64,000 nt of DNA from Actinomycetes bacterium (GTDB lineage: Bacteria > Actinomycetota > Actinomycetes > S36-B12), in the NCBI GenBank assembly GCA_965657825.1, contig CBFHQG010000003.1:910-64909 (forward strand). The letters run 5' to 3'. Each line of letters begins with the position of its first letter. The stretch's first letter is position 1. The notes beneath the pieces were generated by a model that was not told the DNA's origin, did not search any database, and worked only from the letters and a program-made list of their open reading frames with translations. Both the position numbers and the translations under genes were made by a program. This document shows, one piece after another, positions 1-8,974 of this stretch.

Positions 1-35
1 GGCGCGGATTCGGCCGGAATCACCCCGCTCCGCCC

Positions 36-551
36 CTACAGACTAAGCAGCATCCGTCGATTTCCCAAAGTGTTCGGCTTGACCCGCTCCAGATCGAGGA
101 ACTCCGCCACACCCTCGTCGTAGCTTTGCAGCAGCTGCTGGAACACCTCGTGGGTCACCGGGGTGCTGTCGATCTCGACGAATCCGTGTCGGGTGAAGAA
201 GTCGACCTCGAAGGTCAGGCAGAACACTCGTTTCACACCGAGGGCCCTCGCACGCTCGATCAGTGTGGTGAGCATCGCCGAGCCGACCCCGTGCCCCTGC
301 AGGTCCGGCAGCACTGCGAGGCTGCGTACCTCGGCGAGGTCCTCCCACATCACGTGCAGTGCACCGCACCCGACGATCCGTCCGTCCTGCTCGGCGATGA
401 CGAATTCCTGCACTGACTCGAAGAGCGTCACCTGGGCCTTGGCGAGCAAACGGCCGTCGTCGGTGTAACTGCGGATCAGTTCGCGGATCGCCACGACATC
501 TGTCGTTCGTGCAGGGCGCACCACGACCGCATGATCGTTCATCGCGCTCAC
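36..551 (-). CDS. argA: GNAT N-acetyltransferase, short-form amino-acid (glutamate) N-acetyltransferase type
   Basis: 171-aa ORF with the GNAT acetyl-CoA motif ([10 protein letters not shown]). The C-terminus [24 protein letters not shown] closely resembles my memory of M. tuberculosis Rv2747. GTGA overlap with the lysS stop; an alternative ATG lies at 542. Confidence 0.7.
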   Translation of the reverse strand: MSAMNDHAVVVRPARTTDVVAIRELIRSYTDDGRLLAKAQVTLFESVQEFVIAEQDGRIVGCGALHVMWEDLAEVRSLAVLPDLQGHGVGSAMLTTLIERARALGVKRVFCLTFEVDFFTRHGFVEIDSTPVTHEVFQQLLQSYDEGVAEFLDLERVKPNTLGNRRMLLSL

Positions 552-2059
552 TGTGCCACCGGCTTCACCAGCGGGAACAGCACGGTTTCGCGGATGCCCA
601 AGCCGGTCAGGGACATCAGGAGTCGGTCGATACCGAGGCCGACACCACCGGTTGGTGGCATGCCGGTCTCCAGCGCCCGCAGGAAGTCCTCGTCGATCGG
701 CATCGCCTCGACATCACCGCGGGCCGCCAGCCTGGCCTGCTCGGTCAGTCGCTCGCGCTGAACGAGCGGGTCGACCAATTCGGAGTATCCGGTCGCCTGC
801 TCGTATCCGTTGACATACAGGTCCCATTTCTCCACGACTCCCTCCCGCTCGCGGTGAGCCCGCACCAGAGGCGAGGTGTCGACAGGGTAGTCGAACACGA
901 AGGTCGGGCCCGTGAAGGTCGAGATGACGTGGTGCTCGAAGAGTTCCTCGACGTACTTACCGGCGACCCACGTCGGGGCAGGTTCGATTCCTGCTGCGGC
1001 GCTGAGACTTCGCAGCTCCTCGATGGGTGTCTGCGGGGTTATCGAACGCCCGACGGCCTCAGACAGCGCCGTGTACAGGTCGATCTCCGACCACTCCCCG
1101 GACAGGTCCTGGCGTGAGCCGTCGGCATGCGTGACGACCATGTCGGGGCTGATCTGGGCAGCCGCCTCCTGGATGAGTTCGCGCGTGGTCCGCGCCATGT
1201 CGCGGTAGTCGGCATACGCGCAGTAGAACTCCAGCATCGCGAACTCCGGTGAGTGCGAGGAGTCAGCACCTTCATTTCGGAAGTTGCGATTGATCTCGAA
1301 GACCCGTTCGAGTCCGCCGACCACCGCGCGCTTGAGGAACAGCTCCGGCGCGATCCGCAGGAACAGGTCGATGTCGAAGGCGTGGGAGTGCGTGATGAAC
1401 GGCCGCGCCGTCGCACCACCGTGCAGCGTCTGCAGCATCGGCGTCTCGATCTCCAGATAGCCGCGGCTGCTCAGGCTCTCGCGCAGGCTCGCCACCGTCT
1501 GCACGCGCAGGCGTGCCATCTCACGAGCCTCAGGCCGCACGATGAGGTCCACGTAGCGCTGGCGAACCCGAGCCTCCTCACTCATCGGCTTATGCGCCAC
1601 GGGCAGGGGTCGCAGGGATTTCGCGGCCATCCGCCACTCATCTGCCATGACCGACAGTTCACCTCGCTTGGAGGTGATGACCTCCCCCCGCACGAAGACG
1701 TGGTCTCCCAGATCGACCAGGGCCTTCCAGTCAGCGAGCGCATCCTCGCCTACGGAGGCAAGCGACAGCATGGCCTGGAGTTCGGTGCCGTCGCCGGCTC
1801 GCAAGGTCGCGAAGCACAGCTTGCCGGTGTTGCGGATGAAGATGACCCGACCGGTGACACCAACGACGTCCCCGGTGGTGGTGTCGACGGGAAGGTCGGG
1901 ATGGCGGGCTCGCACGGCGGCGAGGGTGTCGGTGACCGGCAGGCTCACCGGATAGGGGTCGTGACCCATCGCCGCGAGCCGGTCGCGCTTCTCGCGACGG
2001 ATCCGCATCTGCTCGGGGAGGTCATCCTCGGCATCGGGTGCGGGCGATTGATCAGTCAC
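548..2059 (-). CDS. lysS: lysine--tRNA ligase (class II)
   Basis: 503-aa ORF with an N-terminal OB-fold region and class II motifs ([23 protein letters not shown]). GTG start overlaps the upstream stop by 8 nt. Confidence 0.95.
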   Translation of the reverse strand: MTDQSPAPDAEDDLPEQMRIRREKRDRLAAMGHDPYPVSLPVTDTLAAVRARHPDLPVDTTTGDVVGVTGRVIFIRNTGKLCFATLRAGDGTELQAMLSLASVGEDALADWKALVDLGDHVFVRGEVITSKRGELSVMADEWRMAAKSLRPLPVAHKPMSEEARVRQRYVDLIVRPEAREMARLRVQTVASLRESLSSRGYLEIETPMLQTLHGGATARPFITHSHAFDIDLFLRIAPELFLKRAVVGGLERVFEINRNFRNEGADSSHSPEFAMLEFYCAYADYRDMARTTRELIQEAAAQISPDMVVTHADGSRQDLSGEWSEIDLYTALSEAVGRSITPQTPIEELRSLSAAAGIEPAPTWVAGKYVEELFEHHVISTFTGPTFVFDYPVDTSPLVRAHREREGVVEKWDLYVNGYEQATGYSELVDPLVQRERLTEQARLAARGDVEAMPIDEDFLRALETGMPPTGGVGLGIDRLLMSLTGLGIRETVLFPLVKPVAQ

Positions 2060-2798
2060 GGTCGGTAAGCGTATCGGCCCCCGATCGCTCAGCGAGGTCC
2101 CGCAGCACCGCCGCGGTCCCTTCCGGGTCAGTGAGCATGAGGTCGTGGCCGGTGGCGATCCTGCGATGGGCCCATCCTGTGGAGTCAGCCCGATGAATGC
2201 TGTGGGCGAGGGAGGCCAGTGGCGGATCGGTGTGCTCGAGGTACACCCGCGGCAACGCGGCGAGTGGTTGCGGATCGAAGGTCACCCGATCGGTTGCACA
2301 GCGCAGCGGGAAGTCAGTCAGTCTCGTGCCGATGAACTCCCGCAAGCTTGGATCGGTGACGGCCCACTGGTCGAGGAATGCCGGCGAAGTGGGGATGCGC
2401 CATCCGTCACCGGCTTCGGCGAGTTCGAGATACCGGGCAGCCATGGCGGCAGGTTCGACATCGAGGAGGCATTCCCCGGGCTCGATTAGGAACGCCCCGG
2501 CTGCAACAACGGTGCGCAGTCGACCGGTGAGACGCTGGGCCACGGGACCGGCGAGCACCCCCGCATAGGAATGCAGAACCAGAACGACGTCGGTCAATCC
2601 ATGTGATTCGACGACGCTGACCACATCGTCGACATGCGTGGAGACTCCGACCTCGGGGGTGAGCAGATCGGCTCGGTCGCCCTGTCCGGTCAGCGTGGGT
2701 GCGTAGGTGCGATGTCCTGCCTCGCGCAGAAGTGGTTCGACATCCCGCCAGCACCAGCCACCATGCATGGCTCCATGGATCAGTACGAACGTGGCCAC
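2052..2798 (-). CDS. alpha/beta hydrolase fold protein
   Basis: 248 aa. The N-terminus [14 protein letters not shown] and the nucleophile-elbow-like LHSYAG are typical of the salicylate-esterase-like alpha/beta hydrolases. Confidence 0.75.
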   Translation of the reverse strand: MATFVLIHGAMHGGWCWRDVEPLLREAGHRTYAPTLTGQGDRADLLTPEVGVSTHVDDVVSVVESHGLTDVVLVLHSYAGVLAGPVAQRLTGRLRTVVAAGAFLIEPGECLLDVEPAAMAARYLELAEAGDGWRIPTSPAFLDQWAVTDPSLREFIGTRLTDFPLRCATDRVTFDPQPLAALPRVYLEHTDPPLASLAHSIHRADSTGWAHRRIATGHDLMLTDPEGTAAVLRDLAERSGADTLTDRD

Positions 2799-2821
2799 CG
2801 TCGAGTTCCGTTTCGCGCCAT

Positions 2822-3583
2822 TCAGGAGTTCTTAGCGAACACCAGGCTCAAGCCGCACAGGGTGAGGTCAGGATCGTGGTGGGTGATCGTCTCGGATTCC
2901 GCGATCACCACCGGTGCGAGTCCACCGGTGGCGACGACAGCGGTGACCTCCCCGAGTTCGGCGGTGATCTTGCGCACGAGCCCATCGACCTGGCCGGCGA
3001 ACCCGTACACCGCACCGGCCTGCAGCGCCTCGACGGTGTTCTTGCCGATCACCGAACGGGGCCGGACGAGTTCGACCTTGCGAAGCTGTGCGGCCCGGGT
3101 CGCGAGCGCCTCGATGGAGATCTCGATACCGGGTGCTAGCGCACCACCGAGGAACTCCCCCTTCGCGCTCACCACATCGAGATTCGTCGAGGTGCCGAAA
3201 TCGACCACGATGCACGGACCGCCGTATCGGTGGTGGGCGGCGATCGTATTGACGATGCGGTCGGCTCCTACCTCCTTGGGATTGTCGGTCAGCACCGGAA
3301 CCCCGGTCTTGGTACCCGGCTCGACGATGACCGTCGGTGTATCGGAGTAGTAGGTGTCCAGCATGGTGCGCATCTCATGGAGCACCGCGGGCACCGTCGA
3401 ACACAGGGCGATGCCGGTGACCGCTGGTGAATCGGCGAGGAGACCGCGCAGCGTCAGTGCCATCTCATCCGCGGTCGCGCGGGTGTCGGTCTTGATCCGC
3501 CACGAGTGGGTGAGTTCGTCATCGGAGTTGTACAGGCCGAGAACCGTGTTGGTGTTGCCGACATCGATGGCGAGCAGGCTCAT
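2822..3583 (-). CDS. coaX: type III pantothenate kinase
   Basis: 253 aa. Starts MSLLAIDVGNTNTVLG (ASKHA phosphate-1 motif) and carries DFGTSTN. ATGA overlap with the upstream nadC-domain stop. Confidence 0.9.
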   Translation of the reverse strand: MSLLAIDVGNTNTVLGLYNSDDELTHSWRIKTDTRATADEMALTLRGLLADSPAVTGIALCSTVPAVLHEMRTMLDTYYSDTPTVIVEPGTKTGVPVLTDNPKEVGADRIVNTIAAHHRYGGPCIVVDFGTSTNLDVVSAKGEFLGGALAPGIEISIEALATRAAQLRKVELVRPRSVIGKNTVEALQAGAVYGFAGQVDGLVRKITAELGEVTAVVATGGLAPVVIAESETITHHDPDLTLCGLSLVFAKNS

Positions 3584-4485
3584 GGCAGTTCCTCCAGATC
3601 AGCACCGATATCGAGCACGGGCGCCGAATGAGTCAGGGCACCCACGGCAAGGTAGTCCACCCCGGTCTCCGCGACCACGGCGGCTGACTCCAGCGTCAAA
3701 CCCCCGGAGGCCTCCAATCGTGCTCGCCCCGCGGTGATCGTGACTGCTTCACGCATCTGCTCGGGGGTGAAGTTGTCCAACAGCACGAGATCGGCACCGG
3801 CGTCGAGCACCTCGGCGAGTTGATCGAGGGAGTCGACCTCGACCTCGATATCGATGCCGGGGAAGGCTTCGCGCACCGCGGCGAAGGCAGGCGCCACCCC
3901 ACCGGCTGCGACGACGTGGTTGTCCTTCACCAAGGCGGCATCCGACAGGGACATGCGATGGTTCATCCCGCCACCGCAGCGCACCGCGTACTTCTCCAGT
4001 GCTCGCAGGCCGGGGGTGGTCTTGCGGGTGTCGCGGATTCGCGCTGATGTGCCGTCTACGGCCACCACCCATCGATGGGTCAGGGTGGCGATGCCCGATA
4101 GATGGCAGAGCAGGTTCAGCGCGGTGCGTTCGGCCAGCAGCAGATCGCGTGTGGGGCCGGTGATCTGGAGCAGTGCGTCACCCGGCATCACCACATCCCC
4201 GTCGTTCATGGCCAGGTCGATCTCGACGCGGCCCTTTGCTGCTTCGGCGAACACCAGACCGGCCACCGGGATGCCCGCGGCAACTCCGCCGGCCCGGGCC
4301 ACGAGGTGCATTCGGGAGCGCTGTCTGCGCGGCACGGTGGCCTCGCTGGTCACGTCGACACCACCGGCCAGATCCTCGGCGAGGGCATCGCGCACGAGTT
4401 CGCGCACCGCATCGGGATCGACTCCCGCCTCGCGCAGCAGGCCCTCGATTCGTGCCTGGTCGGCGCCCTGGCGCTCCGGCTCCAT
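3580..4485 (-). other. nadC: NadC (quinolinate phosphoribosyltransferase) domain, or a possible internal in-frame start
   Basis: The ATG at 4485 begins MEPERQ...ALAEDLAGGVDVTSEA...LLAERTALNLLCHLSGIAT...KDNH...LLDNF, a typical NadC motif order. It is in frame with nadB and no stop separates them. Confidence 0.75.
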
Positions 4486-6105
4486 GGCGGTCACCGTCTC
4501 ACGCCGTGTGCTCACCTGTCCGTGAGGGGTGACTCGACTCACCAGGCGCATCCGCCACCTGATGTCATCCCGCTCGGGGAAGTCCTCGCGCCAGTGCGAG
4601 CCCCGGGTTTCCTGCCGCGCGTGGGCATGGGCCACGAGCAGTCGTGCGACCTCGACGAGATTGGTGGTCTCCCAGTCCTCCGTACAGGGTCGACCGCCAT
4701 CTGCACGCGCGATCGCCGAGAGGCTCTCGGAGGCGCGAGTGAGGGACTCTGCGTTACGCAGGACACCAGCGTCGACACTCATCACCTGCTGTACCTCGTG
4801 GCGGCGCGAATGCGGCACGAGGGAGACGACCTGCGTATCGGGCACGACGGGTCGAGCTTCGCGACGCTCGGCGGCCAGTACGGCACCGATGCGGGTGGCG
4901 AACACCAGGCCCTCGAGAAGGGAGTTGGAGGCCAGCCGGTTCGCACCGTGCACACCGGTGCACGCGACCTCGCCGCAGGCGTAGAGGCCGGGGATACCGG
5001 TCCGGCCCTCGCGATCGGTGCGCACCCCCCCGGACACATAGTGCGAGGCTGGGGAGACCGGGATCATCTCGGTCACCGGGTCGACATCGTGCTCGAGGCA
5101 GGAGGCGTAGATTGTCGGGAATCGCTCACGCCACTTGCGCTCACCGAAGGAGCGAGCATCCAGCCAGACATGCGGTTGGCCTGTCGCGAGCATCCGGCGC
5201 ATGATCGCGCGCGACACGACATCGCGTGGAGCCAGATCGGCGAGCGGGTGCTCACCGATCATGAAGTGTCCACCTTCGGCATCGCGCAGGATCGCCCCCT
5301 CGCCGCGCACAGCCTCACTGATCAACGGCTGCTGGCCCAGCGCCGTCGGGCCCAGCCACAGCACCGTGGGATGGAACTGCACGAACTCCACATCGGCGAT
5401 CTCCGCCCCCGCTCGGATCGCCATCGCCAGACCATCACCCGTCGCTACCGATGGATTCGTGGTCTGCGAGTACACCTGCCCGAAGCCACCGGTCGCCAGC
5501 ACGATCATCGGTGCGAGTGCCGCTCCGACCCCATCTCGCTGGCCCTGGCCCATGACATGCAAGGTGACGCCCTGCACTCCACCATCGGAATCCCGCAGCA
5601 GATCCAACGCGAGAGCGCCCTCGATCAACTCGATGCCCGGATCAGCGAGGATGGCCGCGACCAGCGCACGACTGATCTCCGCACCCGTCGCGTCTCCGCC
5701 AGCATGGGTGATGCGATCCCGCAAATGGCCACCCTCGCGGGTCAGCTTCAATTCCCCCGCATCATCGACGTCGAAGTGCGCGCCGAGGTCGATCAGGTGT
5801 CGGACAGCCGCTGGTCCCTCCGTGACAAGCGCCCGCACCGCGTCCACATCGCACAGGCCTGCACCGGCGACGAGGGTGTCGTGCAGATGCTCCTCCGGGG
5901 TGTCATCGTCGGCGAGTGCTGCAGCGATACCACCCTGCGCCCATCGCGTCGATCCTTCATCGACCCGGCCTTTCGTCACGATGAGCACGCGCAGCCCCGC
6001 ACGCCTCGCGTCGAGGGCCGCTGTCAGCCCGGCTATCCCCGAGCCGATCACGATGACGTCCGCACTGACCTCCCAGGTGGGGTCAGCGGCCTGGAGCCTG
6101 CTCAC
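3580..6105 (-). CDS. nadB: L-aspartate oxidase fused in frame to nicotinate-nucleotide (quinolinate) pyrophosphorylase (841 aa)
   Basis: The GTG at 6105 overlaps the panC stop (GTGA). The N-terminal ~540 aa carry the FAD motif VIVIGSGIAGL and NadB/succinate-dehydrogenase-like blocks (HPTV, RGEGA, LASNSLLEG). The reading frame runs without a stop into a 301-aa NadC-like part. The first 114 codons of the longest ORF (6106-6447) are rejected because they overlap panC. Confidence 0.8.
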   Translation of the reverse strand: MSRLQAADPTWEVSADVIVIGSGIAGLTAALDARRAGLRVLIVTKGRVDEGSTRWAQGGIAAALADDDTPEEHLHDTLVAGAGLCDVDAVRALVTEGPAAVRHLIDLGAHFDVDDAGELKLTREGGHLRDRITHAGGDATGAEISRALVAAILADPGIELIEGALALDLLRDSDGGVQGVTLHVMGQGQRDGVGAALAPMIVLATGGFGQVYSQTTNPSVATGDGLAMAIRAGAEIADVEFVQFHPTVLWLGPTALGQQPLISEAVRGEGAILRDAEGGHFMIGEHPLADLAPRDVVSRAIMRRMLATGQPHVWLDARSFGERKWRERFPTIYASCLEHDVDPVTEMIPVSPASHYVSGGVRTDREGRTGIPGLYACGEVACTGVHGANRLASNSLLEGLVFATRIGAVLAAERREARPVVPDTQVVSLVPHSRRHEVQQVMSVDAGVLRNAESLTRASESLSAIARADGGRPCTEDWETTNLVEVARLLVAHAHARQETRGSHWREDFPERDDIRWRMRLVSRVTPHGQVSTRRETVTAMEPERQGADQARIEGLLREAGVDPDAVRELVRDALAEDLAGGVDVTSEATVPRRQRSRMHLVARAGGVAAGIPVAGLVFAEAAKGRVEIDLAMNDGDVVMPGDALLQITGPTRDLLLAERTALNLLCHLSGIATLTHRWVVAVDGTSARIRDTRKTTPGLRALEKYAVRCGGGMNHRMSLSDAALVKDNHVVAAGGVAPAFAAVREAFPGIDIEVEVDSLDQLAEVLDAGADLVLLDNFTPEQMREAVTITAGRARLEASGGLTLESAAVVAETGVDYLAVGALTHSAPVLDIGADLEELP

Positions 6106-6947
6106 GACGGACCCGCCAACTCGAGGGCGATGTTGTCGATCAACCGAGTCCCGGCGATCGGCACGGCCAGGAGCAGTCGCGCCGCACCTGTTTCGGGCGC
6201 GGGACCGAGATCGGGATCGGTGACGACGACATAGTCGGGGACTAGTCCGGCGGCGGTGAGCACATCGCGGGTCGCTCGCTCGACGGCACCGGCTCCCTCC
6301 CCCGCCGACGCGACACCGGCGTGCAGCGCCTCGGGAATCCGGGCCGCCGAGGCTCGCGAGTCGGCATCGAGGTACCGGTTGCGGCTGCTCATCGCCAGCC
6401 CATCGGGCTCGCGCACGGTCTGGACCCCCTCGATGACAACCGGCCAATCCAGTGCCCGCACCATCGCCTGGATCAAGACCAGCTGCTGGTAGTCCTTCTC
6501 TCCGAATAGTGCGAAATCCGGGGCGGTGACGTGCAGCAACTTGGCGACGACGGTGAGCATGCCGGCGAAGTGTCCGGGGCGCACAGCGCCCTCGAGAATG
6601 TCTCCGATCGGCCCGGGTTGAATCGAGATGCCCGATGCAGCTGGATTGTCGGGGTAGACCTCGTCGACACTCGGGGCGTATACGACATCGACTCCCCGGG
6701 CTCGACAGATTGCGATGTCATGGTCGAGGTCGCGGGGGTAACGCTGGAAGTCCTCCCCGGCACCGAACTGCCGCGGGTTGACGAAATCAGTGACGATCAC
6801 GCGCCCGTCAGCCCCAACACGTCGACGAGCCACATCCATCAGGTGTGCGTGCCCCTCATGCAGCGCACCCATCGTCATGACCACTGCCGTGGGGGATGGC
6901 ATATCGAGGGCGGAGAGTTCCGCGCGGGTGGTGACGACGTGGGTCAC
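6102..6947 (-). CDS. panC: pantoate--beta-alanine ligase
   Basis: 281 aa with PTMGALHEGH-type HIGH motif (VMTMGALHEGHAHL), FVNPRQF and GEKDYQQ. GTGA overlap with the upstream gene. Confidence 0.95.
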   Translation of the reverse strand: MTHVVTTRAELSALDMPSPTAVVMTMGALHEGHAHLMDVARRRVGADGRVIVTDFVNPRQFGAGEDFQRYPRDLDHDIAICRARGVDVVYAPSVDEVYPDNPAASGISIQPGPIGDILEGAVRPGHFAGMLTVVAKLLHVTAPDFALFGEKDYQQLVLIQAMVRALDWPVVIEGVQTVREPDGLAMSSRNRYLDADSRASAARIPEALHAGVASAGEGAGAVERATRDVLTAAGLVPDYVVVTDPDLGPAPETGAARLLLAVPIAGTRLIDNIALELAGPS

Positions 6948-7855
6948 GGCAGTGCCTCCCCGTCACCGGCGGCGCTGACTCCTGCTGAATCGAGGACTGC
7001 GAGGAGGCGCTCGAGCTGATCGGAGTCCACGGTGCCTGCTTCGTGCGCGCGGTGCGCGGTACTGCGGGCCAGCGCCCGATAGGTCGCGGCGATCGCAGGA
7101 GCGACCTCACCGAGATCATCGAGGTGCTCGGCGAGCGTGCCGGCGTCTCCTCGCGCGATCGGACCGGTGAGTGCAGCATCACCTTCACGCAGGGCGTTGT
7201 CCAACGCCGCCCGGAGGAGCGGGGCGACGAGACGCTGAGGCTCGTTCACCCCGGCCAAGCCCAGCAGTTCGCGCGTTTGCGCGACGAGGGTGACCAGATG
7301 ATTCGCCCCGTGCGCTAGGGCTGCGTGGTAGATCAGTCGCGATTCCTCTGTCACCACGATGGGCTCGCCACCCATCTCGATGACCAGTGCCTCGGCGACC
7401 GGCAACGCCTGCGCCGGTGCGGTCACCGCAAAGGGGCAGTCCTCCAGCCGGCTGAGATCCAAACTCGTCCCGGTGAACGTCATCGCCGGGTGCAGAGCGA
7501 GCGGAATCGCTCCTGCCTGGGTCGCGGTTTGCAGCACACCGATGCCGTATCGACCCGCAGTGTGGGCGACGTACTGCCCCGCGTGAAACGCCCCGGAGAC
7601 CTGTTCGACGACCTCGGCCAGTGCGTCATCGCTGACGGTGATCAGGAGCAGGTCGCAGTCGGCTGCGATGTCGTCGCGTGAGCGGATCGGAACACCGGGA
7701 AGGAGCGCCTCGGCCCGCACCCGCGACAGATCCGTCCGCGCACTGACCCCGATGATGTGGTGGCCGACACGACGCAGCGCCGCACCGAGCACGGCACCCA
7801 CCCGGCCGGATCCGATGACACCCACCCGCAGGCGCGGCGGCACAGCGGTCACCAT
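6944..7855 (-). CDS. Rossmann-fold oxidoreductase with a DUF2520-like C-terminus; possible PanG-type ketopantoate reductase
   Basis: 303 aa with the N-terminal dinucleotide motif VGVIGSGRVG. Position and translational coupling to panC match the M. tuberculosis Rv3603c slot. The ketopantoate reductase role is inferred from context only. Confidence 0.65.
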   Translation of the reverse strand: MVTAVPPRLRVGVIGSGRVGAVLGAALRRVGHHIIGVSARTDLSRVRAEALLPGVPIRSRDDIAADCDLLLITVSDDALAEVVEQVSGAFHAGQYVAHTAGRYGIGVLQTATQAGAIPLALHPAMTFTGTSLDLSRLEDCPFAVTAPAQALPVAEALVIEMGGEPIVVTEESRLIYHAALAHGANHLVTLVAQTRELLGLAGVNEPQRLVAPLLRAALDNALREGDAALTGPIARGDAGTLAEHLDDLGEVAPAIAATYRALARSTAHRAHEAGTVDSDQLERLLAVLDSAGVSAAGDGEALP

Positions 7856-7915
7856 TCGCCCAAGGGTAGACGTCCGGCTCGAACTCGCTGAGTTCAGGCG
7901 CTCACTCCACGCGGA

Positions 7916-8974
7916 TCATCGATCGAGGTGGCAGACATCGGTGTCGTCCTCCTCCGAAAACTCGACCGTGAGCCAATACACGCCACTCGAGCGGTTGAGG
8001 ATGCGTGCGCGCTGGGTGTGTCGCTGTAATTGCTCGGCGTACCGTCGGGGATCGGTTTCGGCGAGTGCAGGCTCAGGGATCGACATCTCCGGCAGGAGTT
8101 CGTCGAGCCACTCGGACTGGCTGCGCACACATCCGGCAGGCTGAGTGGCCGCGGCACACGCATCCAACGCCACGTGCGCGGTGATATTCATCGAACCGTC
8201 GGGGATGGGCCAGTGCGTTGCACCATTCGAGTATCCGGTGATGCTGCCAGCGTCATAGCGTCCCGACTCACGTTCGGTGCGCAGGTGCGCGTAGTCGATC
8301 GCCAGCGCAGCACCGGACCGGATCGCGGCGCAGACCGCACGCCATGCTGCATCTCGATGCAGGCCTACCTCGGCGCGGTCACGCACCGGACCCCACCAGC
8401 GGTCCAACCATCTCCCCGCATCCGTGTCCGAGCCCACCGGATCACCCAGGGTCTCCAGCCCGGTGCGTGGGTCCACGAGGATCTCGCGCACCACATCCTG
8501 CTGATCTCGTGCGACGACATCGATGGGGAGGTCGTCGAGCCATTCGTGCGCGAGCACGACCCCGGTGACACCGTCAGGCCAGGTCGAACTCAAGGCCTTT
8601 GGTGCCTCACCGGTGATCCAGGAGATCTCGTCGGGCAATCCGGCCGGTCGCTCCCGCACGTCGACCCCGGTGAGTCGATAGTCGTGTCCATTCAGGAGTT
8701 GATGCAGCGACAGGAGTAGTTCCCCTGATCCTGCGCCGATGTCGACCACGTCGACGATCCGATCCTCCGTCCACCGCTCGGCGATGCGCCGGATCCATCT
8801 GGCGAGAGCCTCGGCAAGCAGACCGGTCTGCGCCTCGGTCGCAAAGTGCTGATGCGGCCTCTCTCGGAGGTAGAACCCCTGGGGACCCAGATTCGCGTCA
8901 TTCCAGGCTCGCGACCAGGTCGGAAGTCCAAGGGGGTGGTGCGGTGGGGATTGCCGTGCCCTGATGTCGGTCAT
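7916..8974 (-). CDS. SAM-dependent methyltransferase, MidA/NDUFAF7 (DUF185) family
   Basis: 352 aa from the ATG at 8974 (ATGA overlap with the ydbT-like stop). Motifs in order: GFY...F.T, VVDIGAGSGELL, AHEWLDDLPIDVV, AIDYAH, GSITGY...NITAHVALDA. Confidence 0.75.
   Translation of the reverse strand: MTDIRARQSPPHHPLGLPTWSRAWNDANLGPQGFYLRERPHQHFATEAQTGLLAEALARWIRRIAERWTEDRIVDVVDIGAGSGELLLSLHQLLNGHDYRLTGVDVRERPAGLPDEISWITGEAPKALSSTWPDGVTGVVLAHEWLDDLPIDVVARDQQDVVREILVDPRTGLETLGDPVGSDTDAGRWLDRWWGPVRDRAEVGLHRDAAWRAVCAAIRSGAALAIDYAHLRTERESGRYDAGSITGYSNGATHWPIPDGSMNITAHVALDACAAATQPAGCVRSQSEWLDELLPEMSIPEPALAETDPRRYAEQLQRHTQRARILNRSSGVYWLTVEFSEEDDTDVCHLDR

Noticed and set aside
4102-6234. A 710-aa plus-strand ORF antisense to nadB.
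   Set aside because: It is a shadow ORF typical of high-GC DNA, with an Arg/Gly/His-rich low-complexity translation and no recognisable domain. The opposite strand carries clear NadB motifs.
6106-6447. The N-terminal 114 codons of the 955-aa ORF upstream of the nadB GTG.
   Set aside because: This stretch lies entirely within panC in another frame and translates to an Arg-rich sequence. The GTG at 6105 forms a GTGA overlap with the panC stop and is followed directly by the FAD-binding motif.
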